A DNA stretch of 63,292 nt, the filler included. It is 21 parts of 21 records of this genome, joined end to end, with 100 filler letters (N's around TTAATTAATTAA, not from the genome) between each part and the next. Parts side by side here need not be neighbours in the genome. Positions count along the whole stretch, not along the records: positions 34,631 to 37,054 come from SRR16133337_32092; positions 37,155 to 43,986 come from SRR16133337_32236; positions 44,087 to 50,568 come from SRR16133337_32832; 18 more parts are not named here. One strand, given 5' to 3'. Numbering within the stretch: position 1 is the stretch's first letter; every line of letters starts with the position of its first letter. Below are positions 34,933 to 45,178 of this stretch, one piece after another. The translations under genes and the position numbers were made by a program. The notes below the pieces were generated by a model. The model was given only the letters and a program-made list of their open reading frames with translations, did no database searches and had not been told where the DNA came from.

Positions 34933-35946
34933 CTATGTTACAATTGTTTTATAGACAAAACTTCTAAAATCCACCACGTGGGATACAAACATATATAACA
35001 AATTTCCCTTCGAAATCTTGTTTAGAAATCCAGCACTATAATTATGAACTGATTCACTTAAAATAAATGCTAAATTACTTGATTTCATCGAACCGTCACC
35101 AACTCCCAAATTCCCAAGAGCACATATGGAATGAACAATTTCATTATAAAAATTAGAATTTTTCACAGATTTTTCAAGAATCTTATTATGTTTACGTTGA
35201 TTTGTAACAATAAAATATTTCTCACAGAACTCTTTCGCCTCATCAAACTTAACGAGAACTTGTTTTGCAACATCTTTTATTTCAAGATCAGATGGGACTG
35301 ATCGCGTTTTGTCCACAAGAGCCTCCAAACATGCCTTGGCATCAAGCAACGAATAATCAGAGTCATAAACACTCTGATTGGAATGCATACGCTCCAAAGC
35401 ACCCATGAAACTTCCATTGAAGACAACAGATGGTGCTAGAGGTGGCAAAAAAAAATTAAACCTCTCGAGAACAGAACGTAAAGATGAGACAGCAACATCA
35501 TCATCCAGGGCACAACACAACGGGTTCGAACATCGTCTGCATTGCAACATAGATGGAACAAAAAGCGAATGTTCTTTCCAGATGAAAAAATACTTCAGAA
35601 AAATTGAACCAAAAGGAACTGATTTCAAACATTCATAATCAGATCTCGAATTCCAAAAGAGATCAAAGTTTTTTGGGTTCAGCAAATTAAATTGACTCTT
35701 CCATCGATCGTCTTTTTCAGATTCAGAGTGAGTCGTCAAAGGAATTCCTTTAACAGTGCCACCTTTGTGAACACGGACATATGTGTTAACACCTTCTTCG
35801 ATAATGGATTGAACTTCTTCAGAAGATCTTGCAAACAATGTACCATCACCGGGAATACTCAAATTTATCACACATCCTCTTCCCTGCTGAGACAATACTG
35901 CTTGGTAACGTTCAACAGCATGAAGATGAGACATTCCTAAAAACAA
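34933..35946 (-). CDS. Intronless 337-aa ORF of unknown function, possibly transposon-derived
   Basis: Longest ORF in the eukaryotic fragments; Cys cluster QCRRCSNPLCC; broken reading frames upstream. Confidence 0.45.
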   Translation of the reverse strand: MFLGMSHLHAVERYQAVLSQQGRGCVINLSIPGDGTLFARSSEEVQSIIEEGVNTYVRVHKGGTVKGIPLTTHSESEKDDRWKSQFNLLNPKNFDLFWNSRSDYECLKSVPFGSIFLKYFFIWKEHSLFVPSMLQCRRCSNPLCCALDDDVAVSSLRSVLERFNFFLPPLAPSVVFNGSFMGALERMHSNQSVYDSDYSLLDAKACLEALVDKTRSVPSDLEIKDVAKQVLVKFDEAKEFCEKYFIVTNQRKHNKILEKSVKNSNFYNEIVHSICALGNLGVGDGSMKSSNLAFILSESVHNYSAGFLNKISKGNLLYMFVSHVVDFRSFVYKTIVT

Positions 35947-37154
35947 TATTTAATATAATCAACCTTCAAGTACTAACAAATATTTGGATCAGATTCACGC
36001 TCCATCTGGAAAATGTATATGGAAAGTTTCAGCAACATGAAAAGTAAAAATCCATAATGTTTTGAGACGCTAATTTTTCGCCAACTTTCAAAGCGCAAAC
36101 TGTAAAAATCACGCAATATGTTCTTGCATTGTCTCCCACCAAAAGATATGCAAATTTTAAAGTCATTCTGACATCACAATACAACAACAGCACAGGCATT
36201 TTACATGCATCAAAGTAACAAGACATTATCTTTTGGAACTAAAAACCATTTTTCTACAATAGCTAAATTTTCATTATGACTTAGTACTAAAACCAACTGC
36301 AGCGCTTTTCAGAATAAGGATACATGTTCATACATTTCAGTTTGTTACAAACTGAGATTTTGAAAGGCAAAAAGTTATTTACAAAACAACGTAAAATCGA
36401 ACGCGCCGTGATAAACACCACCCCATAAAATAGTGGAATTTCCTTCAGAGTCGAACAGTGTCTCTTGATTTCAAAAACAAATGCATTGATTATGTTCTGT
36501 ACAACGATGAAAAATAAAATTTTCTACGCAAGCGCAAAAAACAAAAACGGATTTTAGAAAGCACATATTCGTCTCACTTTAAAAAACCGCCTTGGCGAAT
36601 GTTATAGGTAGAAAATCATATTGTTGTAACATCCGAATTACATCTTCCTTTAACATTATGTCTTGACATAGTACTTACGAGAAGCATGTGATGCGATCAC
36701 CACATGAGACAAATTACATTCAATCATAAACAAAAATGCTGCAAATCCTACTCGCTCAAATTTAGGACCCAATTTCGTGTCTTGATCAGAAGTAATGAAC
36801 ATTATTTTTGGCATCTGCATTCCTATCACAAACACAAAACACTTCAGAGCATCACGCCAACACGGAATGTAACAAACAAAACAGCAACTAACATAGTAAG
36901 AACCACACTACATCCATACACCCTTAATTCATTGTTTTAACAATGTTTGCAAGAGACAGGGTTCTTGCTATTGAAAAAATTTTAAATAACAGAATAGTAA
37001 AAAATGCTGGCTCTCTTCGCGCTCATTACGGTGTTAGACCGGTACCCTATTATCNNNNNNNNNNNNNNNNNNNNNNNNNNNNNNNNNNNNNNNNNNNNTT
37101 AATTAATTAANNNNNNNNNNNNNNNNNNNNNNNNNNNNNNNNNNNNNNNNNNNN

Positions 37155-37893
37155 TGCGATCGCAATTTCTATGGGTTATGCTTTTTCTATAGGATTCGCC
37201 TCTTTATATATGTTTAAAGATAATTTCTTTAAGAAAATAGTGCTATTAGTTTCGTTAGGAATCATTTTTTTATTGATCATAAGATTGGGAACAAGATCTG
37301 TTATTTGGGGAGTTTTTATCGCTTTTGTTGTTGCCAATATGTTTTTTTTAAAGAATGCTAAAAATACAATAAGGTTGGTTTTTATTTCCGCTATTTTATT
37401 TTTTTCTTTTACTTCTCTTTTAGATTCAGGATTTATTCAAGGGAATCTCTTAGAAAGAGTTCTGGGCTTTAATACAGAGGCAATAGAAAACAATAGTAGA
37501 GTAGAATTGTTTAAAAAAGGAATAGAGTGGTATATAGATAATCCTCTGGGTTCAGGGGCAGGAAATGAAACATTTGTTTATAAAGAAATAGGTACTGAGA
37601 ACCTTGAGTCACACAATACTTTTTTATCCGCACTGATTCAGTTGAGTTTGCCGGGTTTTGCATTTCTAATGATTGTCATGAGATTACTACTAAAAAAAAT
37701 AAGATTCTTTAAGGACAGAAAATCCAAAATTTTATTTATAACGGTACTTATTTTCTTTGTTCTACAAATGACTAAGGGGTCGTTTTTGCAAACAAGACTT
37801 TTTTGGCAACCCCTGATCTTTTTGTTATTATTAATTGAAACCCGAAAATACCAGAACTTATTGAATTCACCGAAAAATTTAAAGGATCTATGA
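37155..37893 (+). CDS. O-antigen polymerase/ligase (Wzy/WaaL-like), 5' partial
   Basis: Many TM segments; GTRS, NSRVELF, NPLGSGAG and ESHNTFLS motifs of the Wzy_C type. Confidence 0.8.
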
Positions 37894-38696
37894 AGTTAGA
37901 AGACTATAAAGCATACAATCATGGACTCATTTTTAAAGGAGCTCCCCATACGGAATCAGAGTTAACTAAAAAAGAGATTCATCTTCTTTTACGTGTAAAA
38001 AAAGGTTGGTTCGTTCGAAATTTATTTAATTTTGACGGTAAAGAAGAAACGTCATTTTGGTTTGTTATCAAAGATAATTTTAAGGGTATCGAAGAATTAA
38101 AATCTAAGGTTAGAAATCAAGTTAGAAGAGCTCTAAAAACGTTAGAGATAACTCCTATTTCTAAAGAAAAAATGATCGAATCAGGTTACGAAGTGTATTT
38201 AGACTCATATAAAAGATACAAAGATATAACGGAGAAACCTGTTTGTAAAAAAATTTGGATTGAAAGAATTAATAGTGAGGAGAGGCAGGTAGAATATTGG
38301 GGAGTTTTTGATAAGGTAAGTGGAGAATTGATTGCGTATAGTGAAAATTTGATACAAGATAATATGTGTAAATATGTTGCTCTAAAAGCAAAAGTCAATT
38401 ATTTAAAAGCACATTACCCTTTTTATGGACTGATTTATTTAATGAATAAACATTATTTAGTTTCGAGAGAGATGAAATATGTTTCTGATGGAGCGAGAAC
38501 TGTTTCAGGTCATAGTAATATTCAGTCTTTCCTAGAAAAGTTTTTATTTAGAAAAGCATATTGTAGGATTTCTATAACATACGTTTGGTGGTTAAAAATA
38601 GGGATTACAATCCTTTTTCCCTTTAGGAATAGGATTCCTGTAAAAAAGATCAACTATTTATTGGATTTTGAAGCAATGCAAAGAGGGGTAAAATAA
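37890..38696 (+). CDS. Hypothetical protein, probable GNAT/FemAB-like acyltransferase fold
   Basis: LKSKVRNQVRRALK and YWGVF...LIAY...YVSDG resemble FemAB/GNAT patterns; lies within the polysaccharide operon. Confidence 0.55.
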   Translation: MKLEDYKAYNHGLIFKGAPHTESELTKKEIHLLLRVKKGWFVRNLFNFDGKEETSFWFVIKDNFKGIEELKSKVRNQVRRALKTLEITPISKEKMIESGYEVYLDSYKRYKDITEKPVCKKIWIERINSEERQVEYWGVFDKVSGELIAYSENLIQDNMCKYVALKAKVNYLKAHYPFYGLIYLMNKHYLVSREMKYVSDGARTVSGHSNIQSFLEKFLFRKAYCRISITYVWWLKIGITILFPFRNRIPVKKINYLLDFEAMQRGVK

Positions 38697-38710
38697 TTTG
38701 AGGTTAATCC

Positions 38711-39859
38711 ATGAACAAATCAATATTAATCCATGCATGGACTGTAAATAAATCTGGAAATAATTATTATCTTCCTTATATGCATTGGGTTTATCTTAAT
38801 GAAATTGTAAAATATTATGATGAAGTTTGTTTACTCTCTCCTGTTAAAACAAATAACAAAGCTAAAAATAAAAAGTTAGTTTTGATCAACTCCTTTAAAA
38901 ATGTAAACGTAATTGCCTTACCATTTTCGGGTTCCTATATTGGGGCTGTTAAATATATTTTCAACTATTTAAAAATCTATAAAAAAATAAAGCATTTTGA
39001 TGTAGCATATGCAAGATATCCTATTCCTTTTGGATGGATGCAGAAAATATTTATGAAAAACTCTAAGAGAATTATCCATTTTGTTGGAGATCCAAGGGAT
39101 ACTATAAAGGCAAATCCTAATTTAAGTGTGTTTAGAAAAATATTTTTAAACTCCTTTTTTTTCCCAGAACATTTAATGTATATGTGGGCTTGTAGAAATG
39201 CAAAGGTGTTTACAAATGGAGTTCATATTACAGATAGGTTAAAGAAATATGGAGTCAAAGCAACTCCTTTGATTTCTTCAACATTAAATAAGAATGATTT
39301 TTATTTTGATAAAAAGAGGCGGATTTCTAAGGAAACCCCTAAGGTAGTTTATGTCGGGTATTTAAGGAAGGCAAAGGGGGTAGACACGGTAATTCATAGT
39401 TTTTGTAATTTACAAAAAAAGTATCCTAAAGCTCAACTAACCCTAGTGGGAACAGGAGAATCTGAACAGGAGTTACATCAAATTGTCAGCAGCAAAGAAA
39501 TAAAGAATATTCAGTTTTTAGGACATATAGATAAAAGGCAAACCTTAAATAAAATTCTAAGAAGCCACGATATTTTTTGCTTTGCAAGTTTATCAGAAGG
39601 ATCACCACGAGTTATTTTAGAAGCAATGGCAAATGGGATTAATGTTGTTTCTACACCTGTAGGCTCCTTACCATTTATTTTTGAAGATAAAAAAAATATT
39701 ATTTTCGCAGATTATCATAACGATAAAATGTTTAGCGAAAAAATGGCGAACCTACTTGAAAATGAGGAAGAAGCGTTTTTAATTCGAAGAAAAGCATTTG
39801 AAAAGGTCAGGAATTATACAATTGAAGTTTTTTTAAAGGAAATTTTTTATGAAAAATAA
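38711..39859 (+). CDS. Glycosyltransferase family 4 (GT-B)
   Basis: YVGYLRKAKG and SLSEGSPRVILEAMANG (ExxxxxxxE motif). Confidence 0.92.
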   Translation: MNKSILIHAWTVNKSGNNYYLPYMHWVYLNEIVKYYDEVCLLSPVKTNNKAKNKKLVLINSFKNVNVIALPFSGSYIGAVKYIFNYLKIYKKIKHFDVAYARYPIPFGWMQKIFMKNSKRIIHFVGDPRDTIKANPNLSVFRKIFLNSFFFPEHLMYMWACRNAKVFTNGVHITDRLKKYGVKATPLISSTLNKNDFYFDKKRRISKETPKVVYVGYLRKAKGVDTVIHSFCNLQKKYPKAQLTLVGTGESEQELHQIVSSKEIKNIQFLGHIDKRQTLNKILRSHDIFCFASLSEGSPRVILEAMANGINVVSTPVGSLPFIFEDKKNIIFADYHNDKMFSEKMANLLENEEEAFLIRRKAFEKVRNYTIEVFLKEIFYEK

Positions 39860-40355
39860 GTTTTTATTACTGTACTTCTGGTTTGTAAGAGCAAGTTTAT
39901 TTTTTTTGCCAGATATTCCTGTTTTCATGAGGTTTAGAGGTTTTATGTATTCCTTAGGCATGAAATCATGTGGGAGTGATTTTCAAGTCTGCCATGATGC
40001 TCTTATTAAAGGGGTACAAAATATAAGTATAGGCAATCATGTTTTTATGGGCAATCATTCTATCTTGATGGGAAAAGGAGAGATTTCAATCAGTGATGAA
40101 GTGCTGATAGGATCACATGTTGTCATAATTAGTGGAAATCATACTAAAAAAAGAAATTCATATAGATATGGAAAAGGCAATTCGGGAAAGATTTTTATAG
40201 GAGAAGGAAGTTGGATCGCTGCAAATTGTGTAATTGGGATAAACAGTACATTACCGAAAGGATCGGTGTTGTCTGCGAACAGTTTCCTAAATAAAAATCA
40301 TACTATTTCTAATGCAATTTATGGAGGCACTCCTGCTAAACTTTTGAAAGAATGA
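39849..40355 (+). CDS. Hexapeptide-repeat (left-handed beta-helix) O-acyltransferase
   Basis: ISIGNHVFMG, IFIGEGSWIAANCVI, GGTPAK. Confidence 0.9.
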   Translation: MKNKFLLLYFWFVRASLFFLPDIPVFMRFRGFMYSLGMKSCGSDFQVCHDALIKGVQNISIGNHVFMGNHSILMGKGEISISDEVLIGSHVVIISGNHTKKRNSYRYGKGNSGKIFIGEGSWIAANCVIGINSTLPKGSVLSANSFLNKNHTISNAIYGGTPAKLLKE

Positions 40356-41374
40356 TTAAAATCGTAGGAGATGTAAATTTTACGGATGGTTTTTTCGATG
40401 TCGGTTTTGGTATTGGATCTAGTATTTCAAAGGGAGAAAATCCTTTTAAGAACTTAAAAAGAAGTGCAAAGGATCTTTGGCTAGGGAATTTAGAATGTGT
40501 TGTTTCTAATAGATCCAATAAAAAGGGAATTTATCAAAAACAGTTTATAATAGCTCCTGAAAAGACAAAAGGGATTAAACATTTAGAGTATTATAATGTA
40601 GCCAATAATCATGTAATGCAGCATGGAGAAGAGGCCTATAAATCAATGTTAAAATATATTCATTCTGTAGGGAGTAAATATGTAGGTTCTTTAGAAGAAA
40701 AGAGTATAAAATTTAAACATCAAGATAAAACAATTGGAGTTGTCGCTTTTTCACAACGCGAAGAAAAATATACAAAAAATCCAAAATATTGGTATAACCC
40801 TGAGTACAATGAGATCAATCGTGAACTTGAAAAAATAGCGGATACAGATTTTAAAATTGCCTATGTTCATTGGGGAAATGAATTTATAGACAGACCTTAT
40901 GTAGACCAAAAAAAACTAGGACATTGGTTAATCGATATAGGGTTTGATTTAGTAGTAGGTCTTCATCCTCATGTTTTACAAGGATATGAAATATACAAAG
41001 AGAGGTATCTTTTTTATTCAATAGGAAATTTTGTATTTAATATGCCCTTAGAAGCTACGAGATATTCAATTATTTTAAATATTGATTTATTGGGGGAGTT
41101 GCCCGTTATAAAATTTGAGTATGTTTCTATTGATAAAGAGAACTTTCCTAAAGTTATAGACAAATCAAAAGTTCCTTTTCAATATTGTTTTGAATACTTG
41201 AATTCTCGTTTATTGCTAGAACAAGAGAATGAATTGTATTATAAGGAAGTTTATAAGTTTGTCCGTAAGAACCAGATTTCCCAATATAAAAAGCTATTTA
41301 AAACCCTTTTTCAATTTAAAATTTCCGATATTCTTGCAATTTTTAATGACTTTCTTAAAAGAAGAGTCTTATGA
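40352..41374 (+). CDS. CapA/PgsA-family metallophosphoesterase-fold protein
   Basis: VGDVNF, GNLEC, NVANNHVM, VHWGNE, GLHPHVLQG, YSIGNFVF. Confidence 0.9.
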   Translation: MIKIVGDVNFTDGFFDVGFGIGSSISKGENPFKNLKRSAKDLWLGNLECVVSNRSNKKGIYQKQFIIAPEKTKGIKHLEYYNVANNHVMQHGEEAYKSMLKYIHSVGSKYVGSLEEKSIKFKHQDKTIGVVAFSQREEKYTKNPKYWYNPEYNEINRELEKIADTDFKIAYVHWGNEFIDRPYVDQKKLGHWLIDIGFDLVVGLHPHVLQGYEIYKERYLFYSIGNFVFNMPLEATRYSIILNIDLLGELPVIKFEYVSIDKENFPKVIDKSKVPFQYCFEYLNSRLLLEQENELYYKEVYKFVRKNQISQYKKLFKTLFQFKISDILAIFNDFLKRRVL

Positions 41375-42663
41375 TGTTTTTACATAAAATAATTTACAAA
41401 CTCGGTATAGCAATTAGGAATCCCTCCTTAAATTCATATTATTCTTTTTTAAAAGAATCAGAAAGATGGTCTAAGGAAGCATTGCTTAAGTATCAATTTG
41501 AAAAGTGTAAATCCTTTTTAGAATTTGTATCTGTTTATTCTCCTTTTTATAGGAAAAGATTTCAAAAAATGGGATTTATTCCTAGGGAAATGAAAAGTAT
41601 TGCCGATTTAAAAAAGATAGATGCGATTGATAAATCAGATTTATTAAAAAATATAGAGGAGGTTGCTACAAATTATTCTTTTAAAAAAGTATTTCATTCT
41701 AGCACATCAGGAACATCTGGACAGCTTTTAAAATTTAAAAGAAACGAAGAGTGGGATTCCCATAACAGAGCAGCGATGTTTAGAGGATATAGTTGGTTTG
41801 GAGTAAAACCATGGGATACAAATGCTTCTTTTTTTGAGTATAATAATATTAGAGGAAAATCAAAAATTAAAGCTAAATTATTAGATTTTTTACAAAACAA
41901 ATTTAAGCTTTTTTCTTATAATCAAGATGAGATTTTAAAATTCACTCAAAAATTAAGAAAAGTAACCTATTTACATGGATATTCATCAATGATTTACGAA
42001 GTAGCCAAGATTGTAAATAGGCTAAATTTAGGAGGGAAATATAAAATGGAGATGATAAAAGGAACTGCTGAAAAAATTTATAAGAATTACCATAAAGAAG
42101 TAAAGAAAGCTTTTGGTTTAAAAATGATCAGTGAATACGGAGCAGCAGAAACAGGCTTGATTGCTTTTGAATGTGAAAAAGGAAACATGCATATAAATAT
42201 TGAAAATGTAATCGTTGAAGAAGAGGAGGGAGAAATTATTGTCACAAATCTTTTATCGAAGTCTTTTCCGATCATAAGATATAAGTTAGGAGATAGAGTA
42301 ACTTTTGCGGGTTCTGATTTTATTTGTGACTGTGGACGAAACCATCCCGTAATTGTAGAGGTTTTAGGGAGAGTTGGTAAAAAAATAATAGGGAAAAGAG
42401 AAAAGTACCCTAGTTTCATGTTATATTATGTTTTTAAAAACTTAGGTTCAAAGTATAGTATACTTTTAAATTATCAAGCAGTTCAAAAGAAAGCCGGAAA
42501 AATTCTTCTTAGAATCGAACAGCCAGAAAAGGGGACTAAAAAATATTTAGAAGAGGAATTGTTTCACTATTTTTCAGAGGATATTGAGTTCACCATTAAA
42601 TATGATGAAAAATTACATTCAATGGACGGGAAGTTAAAAGATTTTATAACTTATTTAGAATAA
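41371..42663 (+). CDS. Phenylacetate-CoA-ligase-like adenylate-forming enzyme (CapK-like)
   Basis: STSGTSG, EYGAAETG, FPIIRYKLGD, CDCGR, VLGR. Confidence 0.9.
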   Translation: MMFLHKIIYKLGIAIRNPSLNSYYSFLKESERWSKEALLKYQFEKCKSFLEFVSVYSPFYRKRFQKMGFIPREMKSIADLKKIDAIDKSDLLKNIEEVATNYSFKKVFHSSTSGTSGQLLKFKRNEEWDSHNRAAMFRGYSWFGVKPWDTNASFFEYNNIRGKSKIKAKLLDFLQNKFKLFSYNQDEILKFTQKLRKVTYLHGYSSMIYEVAKIVNRLNLGGKYKMEMIKGTAEKIYKNYHKEVKKAFGLKMISEYGAAETGLIAFECEKGNMHINIENVIVEEEEGEIIVTNLLSKSFPIIRYKLGDRVTFAGSDFICDCGRNHPVIVEVLGRVGKKIIGKREKYPSFMLYYVFKNLGSKYSILLNYQAVQKKAGKILLRIEQPEKGTKKYLEEELFHYFSEDIEFTIKYDEKLHSMDGKLKDFITYLE

Positions 42664-42671
42664 GTTCACAG

Positions 42672-43688
42672 ATGAATGTTTCGGTAATATGTCCAACTTA
42701 TAATGAAGAAAAATATATTGTAAAATGTATGGAATCTATAGTATCTCAGGATTATTCTAAAGATAATTTTGAAGTGTTGTTTGTTGACGGAGGAAGTACA
42801 GATAAAACAGTTAATTTGATAAAAGAGTATCAAAAAAAATATGATTTTATTCAATTTGAGAAGAACCCTGATAAAATTGTTTCTTATGCCATGAACATTG
42901 GTATTGGACTTGCTAAAGGGGATGCGATTATTAGGATTGATGCGCATTCATTTTATCCGAGTAATTATGTGTCTGTTTTAGTTTCTAATTTAATTGCAAA
43001 GAATGCAGATAATGTAGGGGCTGTATGCAGAACAGATGTTTTAAATAAAAACAAGAAAACATTAGCAATAAAGGAAGTGTTAAGTAATCCGTTTGGAGTT
43101 GGAAACTCTTTATTCCGTATTGGAGTTAATAAAGTTACCGAAGTAGATACGGTCCCTTTTGGTTGTTATAGAAAAGAAGTTTTTCAAAAACAGGGGATGT
43201 ACAATACAAACTTAGTTCGAAATCAAGATATAGAATTGAACAAACGGATAAAAAGAAATGGCGGTAAAATTTATTTAATCCCAGAAACATACTGTATTTA
43301 TTATGTTCGTGAATCCTATAGAGAAATAATGAAAAACAATTATCAAAACGGGAAATGGAATACCTTAACAGTATATTTCACAAAAATATTTGATTCACTT
43401 TCCGTACGTCATTTTGTACCAATGCTGTTTTTGTTATCTTGGTTAATACCCATGCTGTTCTCCTTGATTTATTTCCCTTTACTATTGTTAACAGTTCTGT
43501 CTATGATTACATACTCATTAGTATTGACTTTTATCGGAATTAAAATTTCAATAGATAAAAAACTAAATTTCTTTTACCTAGTTTTAACCTTTGTGACACT
43601 CCATTTTTCTTATGGATTTGGATCATTGATAGGCGTTTTAAAGTTGCCATTTCAAAAAAAACAGAATGAGGTTAAAATTAATTTTTGA
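42672..43688 (+). CDS. Glycosyltransferase family 2 (ExoA-like)
   Basis: VICPTYNEE, VDGGSTD, IRIDAH, RNQDIELNKR, C-terminal TM helices. Confidence 0.92.
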   Translation: MNVSVICPTYNEEKYIVKCMESIVSQDYSKDNFEVLFVDGGSTDKTVNLIKEYQKKYDFIQFEKNPDKIVSYAMNIGIGLAKGDAIIRIDAHSFYPSNYVSVLVSNLIAKNADNVGAVCRTDVLNKNKKTLAIKEVLSNPFGVGNSLFRIGVNKVTEVDTVPFGCYRKEVFQKQGMYNTNLVRNQDIELNKRIKRNGGKIYLIPETYCIYYVRESYREIMKNNYQNGKWNTLTVYFTKIFDSLSVRHFVPMLFLLSWLIPMLFSLIYFPLLLLTVLSMITYSLVLTFIGIKISIDKKLNFFYLVLTFVTLHFSYGFGSLIGVLKLPFQKKQNEVKINF

Positions 43689-43986
43689 CAAATTTTTTGC
43701 TTTCCTTGGATTGTTGTTGCTGTGGCCATTATTTATTCTAATTGCTTTGCTAATTGTGGTAAAAATGCCAGATGGTCCCGTTTTCTTTAAACAGAAAAGG
43801 GTTGGTCTTCAGGGGAAATTATTTATGATGTTTAAGTTTCGTTCTATGTCTTTAGGTAGTACAGGGGATTCAGTTTCTGCTATGGACAAATTGAGAATTA
43901 CTCCATTAGGAGCAACTTTACGAAAGTATAAGTTGGATGAATTACCTGAATTATGGAATGTGTTAAAAGGCGATATGAGTTTGGTA
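43666..43986 (+). CDS. Initiating undecaprenyl-phosphate sugar transferase, 3' partial
   Basis: GPVFFKQKRVG, KFRSM, LRKYKLDELPELWNVLKGDMSLV. Confidence 0.93.
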
Positions 43987-44144
43987 NNNNNNNNNNNNNN
44001 NNNNNNNNNNNNNNNNNNNNNNNNNNNNNNTTAATTAATTAANNNNNNNNNNNNNNNNNNNNNNNNNNNNNNNNNNNNNNNNNNNNAGCATTACAAGCCT
44101 TAAAGGTTGCCGAAAAGGAAGTTAAAATGATGTTAAAATAACAG

Positions 44145-45143
44145 ATGAAACTACAAAAACAACTCATAAGTCAAATTAAAGACATTGTGTCTAATGCTCA
44201 ACAAAGAGCAGTACGTTCGGTAAATACAGAACGTGTAGCAATGTATTGGCAAATAAGTAAGGTTATTTTTGAAGAAGAACAACAAGGAAATGACAGAGCA
44301 GCATATGCTACATTTCTTATAAAATCTATTTCAAAAGAATTACAACCCATCTTTGGCACTGGTTTTTCTGTTCGCCAATTAGAAATGAACAGACAGTTTT
44401 ACCGTATGTTTTCAAATACGAACGCACTGCGTTCGCAATTAAGTTGGACACATTACAAAAAACTAATAACCATTGATAACCAAGACAAAAGAACTTTTTA
44501 TATAGCAGAAACAGAAAAAAATAATTGGTCGGCTCGCCAATTAGAACGTCAAGTAAATAGCCAATTATTTGAACGCTTACTTATAAGTAACGACATAGAA
44601 TCTGTATTGGCAGTTGCCAAAGAAGAACAAACACCTCAAAAACCTACCGAAATTATTAAAGACCCAATGATATTAGAGTTTTTGGGCTTAAAAAGAGAAA
44701 GTGCTTACTACGAAAAAGATTTAGAAACAGCCATAATAACACACTTACAAGATTTTATTTTAGAATTAGGCAATGGTTTTTCTTTTGTAGCAAGGCAAAA
44801 AAGAATACATATAGATGGAGACGAATATTTTATAGATTTAGTGTTCTATAACAGACTTTTACAATGCTTTGTAGTTATTGAAATTAAAACCAATAAATTA
44901 ACACATCAAGATATTGGGCAACTTCAAATGTATGTAAACTATTACGACCGTACCGAAAAACAAGAATTTGAAAACCCAACCATAGGCATACTATTATGTA
45001 CCGATAAAAATGATGCAATGGTAAAAATAACACTACCAGAAAATAACAAAACAATTATAGCCAGCAAATACCAACTCTACTTACCTACCGAAAAACAATT
45101 GATAGATGAGGTAATGAAAGAAGTAAATAAACTAAAAGCCTAA
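44145..45143 (+). CDS. YhcG/DUF1016-family PD-(D/E)xK nuclease
   Basis: LSWTHY, WSARQLERQ, IIKDP, LELGNGFSFVARQKR, IDLVFYNR...IEIK, GQLQMYVNYY. Confidence 0.93.
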   Translation: MKLQKQLISQIKDIVSNAQQRAVRSVNTERVAMYWQISKVIFEEEQQGNDRAAYATFLIKSISKELQPIFGTGFSVRQLEMNRQFYRMFSNTNALRSQLSWTHYKKLITIDNQDKRTFYIAETEKNNWSARQLERQVNSQLFERLLISNDIESVLAVAKEEQTPQKPTEIIKDPMILEFLGLKRESAYYEKDLETAIITHLQDFILELGNGFSFVARQKRIHIDGDEYFIDLVFYNRLLQCFVVIEIKTNKLTHQDIGQLQMYVNYYDRTEKQEFENPTIGILLCTDKNDAMVKITLPENNKTIIASKYQLYLPTEKQLIDEVMKEVNKLKA

Positions 45144-45178
45144 CCACCAACAACTAACCACATACAATTATTATAAAT

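Noticed and set aside
40352..41374. Poly-gamma-glutamate capsule synthesis
   Set aside because: CapA-like gene only; no CapB/CapC in the fragment, and the context is Wzy-dependent polysaccharide.
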